Shown: in pieces, positions 39,601 through 50,826 of the stretch
Layout of the letters: every line of letters starts with the position of its first letter
Position numbering within the stretch: position 1 is the first letter of the stretch
Translations under genes and position numbers: made by a program
The notes under the pieces: model-generated
Database searches by the model: none
What the model saw: only the letters and a program-made list of their open reading frames with translations
What the model was told of the DNA's origin: nothing
Source: Laetmonice hystrix
Lineage: Eukaryota
Direction of reading: 5' to 3'
Assembly (NCBI GenBank): GCA_965235115.1
Contig: OZ249436.1
Location: 13,020,001-13,084,000 of the forward strand
DNA length: 64,000 nt

Positions 39601-42600
39601 TATACAAGCTGGAAGGAACCGAGAGCTTTCAGGCGCATGCAATGAACAGCGACACCACTTTGGCATGTGAAAGCTCATTTGTGTGGTTTTCGCTCGACGG
39701 GATGATTACCACTGTCACTAGTATCAATGTTGGAACGGCAATTACGTCTTGTGATATTTATCTGTGTTACAACCTTTCTTATCATTCTGTTAGCAAATCC
39801 CTTCAAGACATCTTGTTATGCGGAATCAAATATCAAATATTAAGCGACTGTCTTTTTAATAAATCAACAATATGAAGAAAGCGAGAAGGAGAGGTTATAA
39901 TTGCAGGTGAAAAAGTGAGTTTACATTCTTGGGAGGTAGGTGGGTTTGCAGTAGGTCGGTCCATCCATGAGTACGTATCACAGTATTCTAGGTCACAGAT
40001 TCAGTGCTGACTAATGATTATTCTAGACGTTCATAGTTAATTGATAGTTATCCGTTTAATCATAATTAAAGGAATGATGATCCAGCAGTAGCATATCTAG
40101 CTCACCAGATTCCAAGGACTAATGAAATACTAATGAGAATTTCACCCGTAAAAAGGTGTCTCTAAATAGCTCTCAGTGTTTTTAAAGTAAGAATTAACAT
40201 GTTTGTTAGGTCGTCACGTTCTGAAGTGTAGAGCAATGCCAGTTCATTTCAGACTCAGAAAGAAACGTTATCTCCAACAATAGGCAGAAAATCATCTTGG
40301 ATTTTAATTCTTCTGCATTTTAAAGTCGATTTCCAGAAGTGTGAGTTAAAATTGAAGATTGCATGGAAACTGCACCTCATTATTTTCTTTCCATGGTTGG
40401 CTGCTACACTACAACTGTTCAACACGAATATGCGATTGCAGTTTATTTCAATTACAAAGTCTAAAACCTTTTGCTCTAATTGGTAGATTAACACTGCAGT
40501 TCCATTAAACAGTTTTCCTGAGAAATTATCCGTGAAACGAAAACCAATACAATTCCAAGGCCACAACAGACCAAGGATTTTGCATCAGGACATGGTGCAC
40601 TGCTTTAGTTCTCGAGGGGTACATTGAAAATTTTAGTTCGCATATTGGAGGAAAATGAATAATTAAACTGGTGTTCACCTGAGCCGGTTAATAATCACGA
40701 GTCTGGGCACCATTTTCACAGCAGAGAGAGCATGTAAGAGAGATGTGGTACAGAACTGTGGCAGTTACAACCAACCTAATATCTGGCGCGAGTCGGAAAC
40801 TAGGTGAGCCCAAAATAGTTCTCACATTCCATTTGGAAGCCAGCAGAAAGAAATCCATATATTTTGACCAGGTTTACGCTACATTGTGTTGTAATTAAAA
40901 GAAGGGAAAGACTAACTGGAAACAGTATTAAACCAAGGTGGCCCCTTTCTTCTGGAAGTAGTTAGTGTTAAAGCTCTAATACTAAGGTACTCACCGAGTA
41001 TTATAGCAGGATTTCATTTTATACGTTCTTTAAATCCTTACTTTACACTTCAATGTCTGTGACATTAGAATCACATACAAACTTCACACGAAAATAAGTA
41101 CCCAACCGAAATAAACAGCATATTACTTCTGCTGAGTCAGCTGAAATATCTTTTCAAGTTGGCTTTGATGGCCAGTTAATCTTGTCGGCTCTGTTTTCTA
41201 ATTGCTGGTGCCAAGGATCATCATGCCAGAACACAGGCTAACCAGTTCTGCATTCAGAGAACATGCAATCTTTTCCTCGTAGATCTTGGTGAGGCACTGT
41301 CCCATTGAGTTACGGCTGTTACTGTCACGGAGTCCCTTTGTAGGAGATGACCAGTTGAGGTGCCACTAAGTCCTTCAAGCTTCACCTATCAGTGGTAGAC
41401 GGCCCGACGCCGTCAACTGATGGCGACGCTGACTTAAATCTCGACCAATCCTGATGGTCTGAGTGCAGACAAGCCGGGCATACAACCAATCAACGACGGC
41501 ACCTCCAGCTATCTCAACTCTCCCCTCAGCCCACTCCAACTGGCAAGACGCCTGTTATTCCACAGGAAATTGTCTGCTTTCCTCTATTAACCCCTAAAAT
41601 GATTTAGGTCAAGTCAGTTACTTAAGACTCTGATTGCCTTCTGTTTGGAGAGGCTGGGCCATCATGACAACTGAGGTCTCATACGAGTCACCAAAAGCTG
41701 TTTCTCCAGGCAGCATATTTTATATGGACAGTGTTAACTGCCTCTTACTTCTGTTTGAAGAGGCAAGGGCAGACGAACAACTAGAGTCTCAAACAAATCA
41801 CGAGAAGATACTGTTTTTGCGGAGACTGGGGACAGATGCCCTTCGGTTCCCTGTCATGGTCTAGATTGGTTGTCCCCCCATGCAGCTACTGTCGGTTGTT
41901 GGCAAGGCAGATACTAGGTATTGTAAAACAGAGATCATAACAGAGATAATGGAATTCATATGGAAAGGAAATCTAGCCACGCAAATAACGCACTCAATCC
42001 GGTGGTGGAACTCGTATACGGATTATATTTCCATAGTCAACGACAAAATGTCAGGTGTAGTCTGATATTTTTATAGCCACTAGAAAATGTGACTGCAACC
42101 ATTTTATCACAAAGGTTCCCTATCTACTGTGCTGGACGACAATCATCTGCCGGTGTGATAAATTTCTGATCCAGACAAAAAGTGATACATATCATATCAT
42201 GAGAGCAGCACTACTTTATGCACCTTTTTTATGCGAATCCAATTTGGCAAATCGAACGTGGGCGTCTAGTATCAAATAGATCGGATGAATTGAGCATCGT
42301 TTATAAATATGTGTATCAGTCGTCAATTTAAAATGTGTTTTAGATGCATTTTACCTGCTTCAGATAAACGTGTAGATAAATCCTATTCTATTTTGCATTT
42401 GTGAAATCCTATCCTCGTTGTAGCCTACAAACAGAAGCACCTGGGAGATGGGGGGGGACTGGGAGATTGGGGGAGAACTGGGAGATGGGGGAGAACTGGG
42501 AGATGGGAGAGAACTGGGAGATGGGTGGGACTAGGAGATGGGGGGAGAACTGGGAGACGGGGGAGGGGGACTGGAAGATGGGGGGACTGGGAGATGGGGG

Positions 42601-45600
42601 GAGAACTGGGAGATGAGGGAGGGGGACCGGGAGATGGGGGGGACTGGGAGATGAGGGGGACTGGGAGATTGGGGGAGAACTGGGAGATGGGGGGGAGAAC
42701 TAGGAGATGGGGGGGGTGGAACTGGGAGATGGGGGGCTAGGAGATGGGGAGAGAACTAGGAGATGGGGGGGGGAGAGAACTGGGAGATGGGGGGAGAACT
42801 GGGAGATGAGGGAGGGGGACCGGGAGATGGGGGGGACTGGGAGATGAGGGGGACTGGGAGATTGGGGGAGAACTGGGAGATGGGGGGGAGAACTAGGAGA
42901 TGGGGGGGGGTGGAACTGGGAGATGGGGAGAGAACTAGGAGATGGGGAGAGAACTAGGAGATGGGGGGGGGGAGAACTAGGAGATGGGGGGGGGGTGGAA
43001 CTGGGAGATGGGGGGCTAGGAGATGGGGAGAGAACTAGGAGATGGGGGGGGGGAGAGAACTGGGAGATGGGGGCGGAGGACTGACCGACCTGCCTTTGAT
43101 CATTAACCCATGGTGAGCCCGTTTCTGGCACCACTCTCGCTCCACGACACGCTTCCTGCATGACCAGAGGGATAATAACTATCAATACTAACATCAAATG
43201 CTTTGTTCTCCATCGCTCATTGACCGACATAGGTAACATTTCCTTACCATACAAAGATAAAGGTGAACCCGAACAAATCAGGCTCACATACATGATTCTT
43301 GCATTACAACGTAACATTCTAAAGGTGTTCAGAGGAAGAAGATCAAGCAATCTTTGAGGCCTGAACCCGATTGACACGAACACTATCACTGTCACTCCTG
43401 TGACCGTAGGCCTAATATGTGACCAGATTATTGTTGTTACGATGTTCAGCACCTAGCCCCAACCGAATCATTTTGTACACTTTTAATTAGATACAGCTGA
43501 AATCGTAAAACAAATTTAAATGACTTTGAATAACCATTACCAAAGCCTATGTTTCCCCCCACAGCACCCTCTGTAGTGGATCCTCTAATATCTGGGTCAA
43601 TAGGCTTTAGGTCAGAACACGACAGGTGCGACCTGAAAACAACCCTTTAAGTGTGTATCCACGGCAACCATGTCATTCACTATATATGAACCGAGAGTTT
43701 GCTACTCTGAAGGACATCCTTACATGGCTACGGGTGAGAACCATGAATATATGAGAAACACGAACATGAAGCTCCACCGTAAAGAATCCACCACAGGCAT
43801 ACACGATGAGCTCGTCGACATGCACAGACACAGAGGACGCAGCAAGTGCTAACACCTCCTCAGTTGTCAAGACAACCAGATGTTTACACTCGGCATAGGC
43901 AAATACAGCGAATTCAAATACATGGACTATTGGGTTGGTTGAGAAAACGAGTTGTCCTTGGTTCGCGTAATGACTAGAGTGTGCATATTGAAAGACACGA
44001 ACTTTTCGATCTAAGCGAAGGGCGTCCTGCTTTTGAGGATATCACCGCGTGTTTTACGTCATTAAAATAATCACGTTATAGAAACAAAAGACTTTGGATT
44101 GCAATAAATAACCTGACATACCAAGGCCGATAACCACGTAGTAAACCTGAGTCTCAATATCTGGCAATAATCTGTCTTCTACTGCCGACCGACAAATACA
44201 ATGCTTGCTTACGAAGGGTAGCAGAGAGTAAGTATGCGTAAATTTCTAATTAAATCTACAATGTCAAAACGATCACTCCAGTCTAGGGGTGGATGTGAAT
44301 TAACAAATCCCCTGAGTCGATGAGGCATACGTGTCAAATATTAAAAATTAGTCCCATGCATCCTTGAATAATTTTGACAGCGTCTGCATCTATATTTTTC
44401 GGCAAAATTTCATCAGTTGAGGGCAACCCCGAAATCTGGGTCGGTATAAATACAATCATGGGCACGATATAGCTCGGAGTCTGTCTGAAGTGGTTTAGAT
44501 AAAAGTAGATTCTTTTTGTATACCTGTTCACACATCTCTGTCTGAGGGCCATCAGAGTCCCTGCTGACGATGCTAGCAATGCACCGTTTGATAAAAGCTA
44601 CCACTGGTATGACACAAGGCGGCCGCGCAGGGCAAAGGGTGTTCATCTGTGTATTGTTGTTTAACACTGTTCAGGTCCCCAGGCTTTCTGCCTGCTGACA
44701 GTGACAAAAACGTCACACAGAAAACGGCTCCTTGTTATCTTGCACCCCGGTGTTTGGTCGTATGCTTCGATTCCTGGGGTCGCTCGGTGCTTCAATAGAA
44801 TGTCTCCGGTATGAGCAATCTTTATGGGACTTTAGTACAACACCTGTGGTACAGTGTACGTTCAATACATTGGCAATAATCTTTTGTTGTCTGAGTGACA
44901 GGGTCTCTCCGAGACTTGGGTCAGTCACAGGAACGTCGACCGTCCTAAAAGTCTACCACTTGGCCGAATCATTCCTATAGGCTTTCAGAACAATGCCCCA
45001 TTAACCTTTTTCATGTTAAATTCAGGCCTTGTTCTGTATCATTTGAATTCGATATTTAAATGGAATTTAAAGGGCTCTAGTCCAATCCCTTGGTTTGTAC
45101 TGAAGCTGAGGAGAAGGCTGGTTGCTAATATAATGTATACCTTTTCAATCACAGTTTCAGGAAAATAATCAAACCTCGATTAACAGCTGGAAACATTTTT
45201 CTATAAACGCAAAACGATTCCTAATTACTTTCCAAGATATAAGGACAAAAGGATTTACACATTGTTTCGCATTCTTTATCCTAGGTTTAATACAGTACTC
45301 TATATAAGTCACACCATTTCAAACGATAAGATTAGGCCTACTGCTGCGGGAGCCAAGTTGATTTGCAAACTATACTCGAACCCTGAGAAGTGTCGAGCCA
45401 TCTGGCTGTAGCGGTAAGATGGGAGCTACGGTTTGCTGAAGATGCATGGAGAGTCACTAATGCTCTCTCTTTGAAATATCGCTGCATCCATGCGTCCTAC
45501 CATAACTGCCTGCCCCAGCATGGTTGATGGCAGCTCTTACACTGCCCTCTGCCTGACAGATAACACACTCTGACTACGTAAATGCAGAGTGAGAATTTGT

Positions 45601-46580
45601 CACCTGGAAAGGTTTACATAATGGGCCTGCCTCCGAGGATGGCCATACCTCAGCGCATCCCGTCAGCTGGAGACACACCGCGGGACATAGCTCAGCTCAC
45701 CCTTGCCATGACAAATTCCTTCCACGCGACAGTGTTTCCAAAAACCATCCACAATGGCCAGTCTCTCCTTCAATTCATTATTACATCCCTCCCGCTGCAC
45801 GGAGCCAATCTTCACTTTCCAAACACCATCCCCGTATCATGGTGCAGGAACCATTTCAGAACACCAGAATTGTTGATAATGTATACCATTTCCTTTTCGA
45901 GGGTCATGCAGTTGAAGTATAAATGCTCCTGTAGTCTTTGTTACGATGTATAAGACGTAACGTGTTATTCAAGTTTCCGGTTTCTGCAATACTCAACGAA
46001 ATTCTGAGGGTAGGCCATATTTTTAGGTGGGAAGGGAATAAGGCAAACATCAATTTTAGGCCTTATATTTCGCGATGCTTGTCAGTTTTAATATTGACTT
46101 ATGACAATTAAACAATGTAAGGGGGAATTATTATTGAATATTGAATTTATTAGTATATTTCGCCTTTTTTGCTTCCTTTTTTCAGCTCACATTCATCCTT
46201 TCAGTACGTGTCCCCTACACAGGTATCAAAAACTACTCGGATAAAATCCAAACATCTAAGAGTACTTACTCAAAGGTCTCAAACTCAACAAGCCGGAGGT
46301 TTGGCTCGTTGGGATTGATACAGGTAGGCCAGAAGTCCTGGTACAAAAGGCGGGTGCCCTTTGGTGACCGGTGGCCGCTGGCCGCGGACGGTGAGCGGGA
46401 CAGCGAGTCTCGCATGAAGGAGGGAGATCGGGATGGTGGGTGCGACCCTGTGGGGCTCAACGATATGTGCCCTGGTTCGATGGCCTGGTACTTGGCATCG
46501 ATGGCCATCTTCTGGCGAAGGGTGCGCCTTCGCAGGGTCGACGCCACAATCCCTGCTGCCATCGCTTGCCGCATGTGGTC
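9560..46580 (-). CDS. Multi-exon gene (9 coding exons): uncharacterised ~515-aa protein with four tandem internal repeats and a C-terminal CaaX motif
   Basis: Manual splice assembly. All 8 introns are GT-AG, phases match in series (2,2,1,1,0,1,1,2), and exon lengths 311+165+212+168+128+55+249+160+100=1548 nt read open to a TAG. The repeat motif (Y-x-D/T-F-x-P ... Y/F-E-x-F/L ... A-x-x-W-L ... E/Q-T ... R-V/L-W/Y) continues across junctions. The 5' end is uncertain. Confidence 0.88.
9986..10145 (-). CDS. Coding exon H: (D)KRVLGAETFYHPMNRVWHNQDGGETSVMHGEWTTTHRGDRKAKSRRQLVHVV(R)
   Basis: tattgcag| acceptor (an in-frame alternative cttag| lies 15 nt downstream), GAG|gtaaga donor, phase 1-2, 160 nt. 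Confidence 0.87.
10577..10825 (-). CDS. Coding exon G: QVHTGVNFVEKIESCAMVRFVRVTYVRPPENATNVPVCNPPTGLTYKTFIPCAVKVGMCTGAPQYEHFSSTWERARAWLKIV
   Basis: cgtcttgcag| acceptor, TCG|gtaagc donor, phase 1-1, 249 nt. Confidence 0.9.
10935..10948 (-). promoter_or_regulatory. CTCF-like motif CCACCAGGTGGCGC
   Basis: Exact match to the CTCF core consensus CCASYAGRKGGCRS. Motif only, no binding data. Confidence 0.4.
11193..11247 (-). CDS. Coding exon F (55 nt): NVRITNMQTLEAIFRGHP(D)
   Basis: ctctcccccttacag| acceptor, CAG|gtaagt donor, phase 0-1. Exactly bridges the phases of its neighbours. Confidence 0.9.
12330..13850. repeat. Minisatellite, 79-83 bp unit, ~19 copies, G-rich on + strand
   Basis: Unit ggagacatgaacggtggccagggtggagaagggtgcggtaagggttaaggactgaagtaggac(tcac)tgataggttaggtact. 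Lies in the intron between exons E and F. Confidence 0.97.
14030..14157 (-). CDS. Coding exon E: AQDFLPEFLEAPRWYSIYGIYPKYTNLITAMQKAKAWMTHAR
   Basis: atatcttgtag| acceptor, AGG|gtgagt donor, phase 1-0, 128 nt. Confidence 0.9.
14432..14599 (-). CDS. Coding exon D: KILTIETISLKLPRRGWEGPEVDPDQTHFPDEYLRHVLYITRIYFVAGAPEQELI(G)
   Basis: ggaccccag| acceptor, TAG|gtaggt donor, phase 1-1, 168 nt. Supplies the second half of repeat 2. Confidence 0.88.
16005..16763. repeat. Minisatellite, 42-bp unit, ~18 copies
   Basis: Unit ttagctattagtgttttcgttatagacctaactgtttcagaa. Confidence 0.97.
17255..17316 (+). pseudogene. Possible LINE reverse-transcriptase fragment
   Basis: CPKTNHNAPADFHPVSD resembles the pre-RT motif PKxxxxxxPADFRPISL. 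Surrounding frame is broken. Confidence 0.25.
17710..17770 (-). mobile_element. Degenerate fragment of the same SINE core
   Basis: ggaaaccggaaaccccggagaaaaccac resembles ggaaaccggagtgcccggaggaaaccac at ~51243-51270. Confidence 0.4.
17899..18110 (-). CDS. Coding exon C: LWYIREKEGSRTSLSGSNNTTTGPPPTPIEVGYMNVIPKCLDSSLKYPIYENLPETYAAINEYLSESPLE(G)
   Basis: ctgtccctgcag| acceptor, AAG|gtaagt donor, phase 2-1, 212 nt. Confidence 0.9.
22720..22884 (-). CDS. Coding exon B: TLIPKANGWLAENADIHLVKCETIEKKVCSVSEVTSDSPMFVPKGNCAIYVKGL(R)
   Basis: tttacttgcag| acceptor, AG|gtaagg donor, phase 2-2, 165 nt. Completes repeat 1 in frame with exon A across a 23.4-kb intron. Confidence 0.88.
23518..23871. repeat. 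Nested repeat: 55-bp unit x4 plus a partial copy inside a 265-bp-period duplication
   Basis: Unit tgtgaaggcaccactaggtgtcactaggcctggtcgtggttactaaagggagaaa. The leader tgcgaacttttctcagtcagtttactggtgaaa.caatattcagta recurs at 23518 and 23783. Confidence 0.93.
24931..25143. mobile_element. Tc1/mariner-type MITE (213 bp), TA target-site duplication
   Basis: 26-bp TIRs CAGTATGTCCCCC(C/A)AAAAATGATAGT with 1 mismatch. TA on both flanks and CAGT termini. Confidence 0.8.
27989..28085. repeat. 33-bp tandem repeat x3
   Basis: tgatggctgagatacccgtcacactaacccgtc. Confidence 0.92.
30557..31346. repeat. Minisatellite, 17-19 bp unit (ccaatacggcctacaccac), ~40 copies
   Basis: Direct inspection. Explains the 275-aa ORF at 30554. 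Confidence 0.96.
38430..39070. mobile_element. Non-autonomous element remnant with ~160-bp internal modules
   Basis: Three diverged copies of a tatcttgaaaacgg...agataggcctatagttactatt-like block (~38687, ~38850, ~39008) with tgacct/aggtca motifs. Family not assignable. Confidence 0.4.
42441..43073. repeat. G-rich minisatellite (~17-20 bp, gggagatgggggagaact variants)
   Basis: Direct inspection. Dense G3+ runs. Confidence 0.95.
45555..45790 (+). pseudogene. Possible decayed 3' end of a CR1/L2-type LINE ORF2
   Basis: Frameshifted peptides KGLHNG and TNSFHATVFPKTIHNGQSL resemble the C-terminal YKIxNGL ... SFFPRTIxxWNxLP signature. Weak. Confidence 0.33.
46270..46580 (-). CDS. Coding exon A: (DH)MRQAMAAGIVASTLRRRTLRQKMAIDAKYQAIEPGHISLSPTGSHPPSRSPSFMRDSLSRSPSAASGHRSPKGTRLLYQDFWPTCINPNEPNLRLVEFETF; Ser-rich N-terminal region plus start of repeat 1
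   Basis: Open frame ending at TTTGA|gtaagt (phase 2). Acceptor is tactag| (46581) or ttctcgttgcag| (46605). First in-exon ATG at 46574. Confidence 0.82.
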
Positions 46581-48164
46581 CTAGTACGGACAGAACGAAC
46601 CCAACTGCAACGAGAACAAAGACATTCAAATGAATTTTCAACTCGAGACAAGAGTATTTTCAAGCCAATGGTTCAATCAATCCTAACTTTTCATGGGACA
46701 CCGTTTACTACAACAAAAGTACTCCATAATGAGCAAGTTTTATAACTGAATGAAAGACAAACTACGACGTGAAGCATAAAATATAGCTTTCACATTTTAA
46801 AACTTTCACAAGGCGAAACCTATTACAGTCGACAATGAGCGAATAATGATGTTTACATAACTCGTCGTTATATTCCGTGATGCAGAACAAAGTTCCGATC
46901 TGGGAAAACAAGTACGGTCATAATTTCCATGAGCTGATCCAAGGCACGTACTACCACTTGATGTGGGCAAGAGTGTACACAAACTTCAGGGGAACTCCAG
47001 CAACGGCCAATAAAGGCAAAGGCAGTATGATAATACTGGCGGCAAATTAAATCACATTTCAACGTTATAGAGTACACAGAGATTTCTAAAATGCGAGTAC
47101 CTGATGGAGTTTCCATAACACGGAAATCATGGGTTTGTTTGACACAAGTTATATTATTTTCATCATCCACGGAGGAGAAAGTTGGTACGACCTATCTAAA
47201 GTATCTGTCGACTTACTTTATCATCGTTATTCTAATCAGAACTAAATCTAAAATAGTTTGAACTCAAATTAATGATAAGCTACACACTCATGTCTTGGGG
47301 TCTTTCACTCTGATGCTCTGGTGTTGTCAGAACGTCAAACATTTTGTCCTATTAAATCCCCAAGCACAGGTTTTCTATCTGTACTTATGGGCCCTCACAT
47401 GTCTAGTCAGGCACTGCCATCAAGACGCCCCGATAACGTGGCTCGCGAGATACGAGAGTGGCGAGCAGGGACGGAGGGCTGACTGAAGAACAGGGTAGTA
47501 TTATTGAGAAGGGAATCACAGCCCCAGGCCCCTAGGGTTTTACTTGCTTAAGGAAGGTGTCTCCTGAGTAGGACAAATATTCTCAATGCATGCCTGCGTA
47601 ACGTCCAGCCTGACCTGGTAAACTGTATAGATGCGCATCACCTCTATCAAAATGTTTATCTACCATGCTGCCAAGTATGAAATTGAGCTCTCCGTCCCCG
47701 AATCTGGTCGATGGATGGCATCGATCGGCAGCGCCTCTTCATGCCTTCGACGGGCCGCCCCCACCCCCCTCACCGCTCCCGCCCCCGCTGTGGGGCTCCC
47801 GGCACGGCACTCTACCCTGTCATTATTATCACACAGCATTACCACCGGTAGGACCCTTTCCACCCGGCCGCTGTCAAAGTCAACGGCCCACCCAGGTTCG
47901 CATTAATGGCTTCTCCTCTCAAAAATTCAACCGATGACAGATTATGCCCCCATGATATTGTCACCTCTTATTGCAAGCAGAAAGTACCTAGGTTACACTT
48001 GCTTTTTTAATCACTGAAAATCTCTCCTACATACTTGTTGAAAACACATGTTGATTGTGAAATGTGTCTTTTATACGATGGTTTTATGCAGAAAATAAGA
48101 AATGGTATGAAAATGATCATATATATAATATCTTAATGAATTCTGGTATTAACGTCATAAGCCT

Positions 48165-48348
48165 CAGTGGGGATCCAAGATTTTGATAAGGGGGGCCCAC
48201 CAGGATTTTGATAAGGGGGGGGGGGGGCATCAGGATTTTGATAAGGGGGGCCCACCTAAACCTTTTTTGATTTTGACTGTACTAATGCATCTTCATCCAA
48301 CCAAAAAAAGGGGGTCCAGGCCCCCTCGGCCCCCTGGATCCCCCACTG
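48165..48348. mobile_element. Short non-autonomous TIR element (CAGTGGGGATCCA...TGGATCCCCCACTG) with three internal ggattttgataagggggg repeats
   Basis: Terminal inverted repeats and G/C-rich subterminal runs. No clear TSD found. Confidence 0.55.
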
Positions 48349-49189
48349 ATCCTTAATGGATCTATCTTGAAATATTCTCATAAAGTGAAGAAAAAATATA
48401 AACCCGTCATAATTGACTTTTTTGAGAACGTGTTTTGGGATCACTTACTCCTCGCAACTGAACACACAGTCATTTTCTGCCGCGTAATTGAGTTGGCAAC
48501 TTTTCAAACACAGGTGTTCTTCGTATTGATATTTCTGCAATGATGGCGCATATTTCTGCGCATGTCGCCCTATGTGAGGTGCCTGAACGAGCTGTCAACA
48601 GGCAAGAACAGAGTAAACACAGCCACCGACTAGGACATCACGACGCAGCCGATAGGGACGCCATCCCTCTGTCCAGCCGCCTCCTAACCCTGCGACTGGC
48701 CTTGACGTAGTGGTCAGTCATGAGCAGGGGCCAGAAACCAGTGACCACGGTCAGTGGTGCCTGCTCCCACCCGACCCCTAGTTATTATACATAGCTCATC
48801 CCTATCCAATCGGTAGCGTCTTAAGACCCACTCTTGTAGACTTATTCTCTCACCTGCGCTTTCCAGACTATCAGATACGCCAAATCGAAAAATAATAGAT
48901 TCACTCATTTTATGGGCGATAGGCCCCTATCTTCGGCATTCTTCACAGGAAATACAAGCCTCCATCCCAGGTGGAGATTACAAGGAATCTGTAGTAACTA
49001 CATCATGTGTACCTGGCCTGGAAGCAGTGTATCGTGTGGTTGATTATCCGGAACCTGATCTCCAGATGTCACTGTAATCAGGCTACTCGTAGAAACATGA
49101 GGCGAATCATCCGAGCGTGTATCAGTTATCACCCACACCTCCCGCACTGACGGTCTCTCCTGATCCCAGTGAGCACTGATTACTCATTC

Positions 49190-50826
49190 CTGACCTCACA
49201 CAGTAACCAGTTGTGACCCCACAGGGCGTTCAATTCTGACCTCACACAGTAATCAGTTGTGACCGCACAAGGCGTTCATGTCTGGCCTCACACAGTAATC
49301 AGCTGTGACCCCACAGGGCGTTCAATTCTGACCTTACACAGTAATCAGTTGTGACCCCACAGGGCGTTCAATTCTGACCTCACACAGTAATCAGTTGTGA
49401 CCCCACAGGGCGTTCAATTCTGACCTCACACAGTAATCAGTTGTGACCCCACAGGGCGTTCAATTCTGACCTCACAGAGTAATCAGTTGTGACCCCACAG
49501 GGCGTTCATTTCTGACCTCACACAGTAACCAGTTGTGACCCCACAGGGCGTTTAATTCTGACCTCACACAGTAATCAGTTGTGACCTCACAGGGCGTTCA
49601 TGTCTGACCTCACACAGTAATCAGTTGTGACCGCACAGGGCGTTCAATTCTGACCTCACACAGTAATCAGTTGTGACCCCACAGGGCGTTCAATTCTGAC
49701 CTCACACAGTAATCAGTTGTGACCGAACAAGGCGTTCATGTCTGGCCTCACACGGGAGTCAGTTGTGACCCCACAGGGCGTTCAATTCTGACCGCACACA
49801 GTAACCAGTTGTGACCCCACAGGGCGTCCATTTCTGACCCCACACAGTAATAAGTTGTGACCCCACAGGGCGTCCATTTCTGACCTCACACAGTAATCAG
49901 TTGTGACCCCACAGGGAGTTCAATTCTGACCTCACACAGTAATCAGTTGTGACCCCACAGGACGTTCATTTCTGACCTCACACAGTAATCAGTTGTGACC
50001 CCACAGGGCGTTCAATTCTGACCTCACACAGTAATCAGTTGTGACCCCACAGGACGTTCATTTCTGACCTCACACAGTAATCAGTTGTGACCCCACAGGG
50101 CGTTCAATTCTGACCTCACACAGTAATCAGTTGTGACCCCACAGGGCGTTCAATTCTGACCTCACACAGTAATCAGTTGTGACCCCACAGGGCGTTCAAT
50201 TCTGACCTCACAGAGTAATCAGTTGTGACCCCACAGGGCGTTCAATTCTGACCTCACACAGTAATCAGTTGTGACCCCACAGGGCGTTCAATTCTGACCT
50301 CACACAGTAATCAGTTGTGACCGCACAAGGCGTTCATGTCTGGCCTCACACGGGAGTCAGTTGTGACCCCACATGGCGTTCAATTCTGACCTCACACAGT
50401 AATCAGTTGGGACCGCACAGGGCGTTCATTTCTGACCTCACACAGTAATCAGTTGTGACTTCACAGGGTGTTCAATTCTGACCTCACACAGTAATCAGTT
50501 GTGACCCCACAGGGCGTTCAATTCTGACCTCACACAGTAATCAGTTGTGACCCCACAGGGCGTTCAATTCTGACCTCACACAGTAATCAGTTGTGACCCC
50601 TCAGGGCGTTCAATTCTGACCTCACACAGTAACCAGTTGTGACCCCACAGGGCGTCCAATTCTGACCTCACACAGTAACCAGTTGTGACCCCACAGGGCG
50701 TCCAATTCTGACCTCACACAATAACCAGTTGTGACCCCACAGGGCGTCCATTTCTGACCTCACACAGTAATCAGTTGTGAACGCACACAACTGATAACGT
50801 TCAATTCTGACCTCACACAGTAACCA
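49190..50826. repeat. Minisatellite, 46-bp unit, ~35 copies
   Basis: Unit ctgacctcacacagtaatcagttgtgaccccacagggcgttcaatt. Confidence 0.97.

Noticed and set aside
41190-41295. Minus-strand MGQCLTKIYEEK... (myristoylation-like start) as an alternative first exon
   Set aside because: The only plausible donor is phase 0 while exon B needs phase 2. Probably chance.
42700-43452. 250-aa minus-strand ORF
   Set aside because: The Pro/Ser-rich half derives from the G-rich repeat and the rest has no recognisable motif or usable splice phases.
48449-48591. Exon-like segment (ttgacag| ... GA|gtaagt), open in one frame
   Set aside because: Ends in phase 2, which hits a stop when joined to exon A. It could only be a 5' UTR exon, which is unsupported without transcripts.
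49190-50826. CRISPR-like appearance of regular arrays (also 12330-13850, 16005-16763)
   Set aside because: Head-to-tail units with no unique spacers, no cas genes, and a eukaryotic context.
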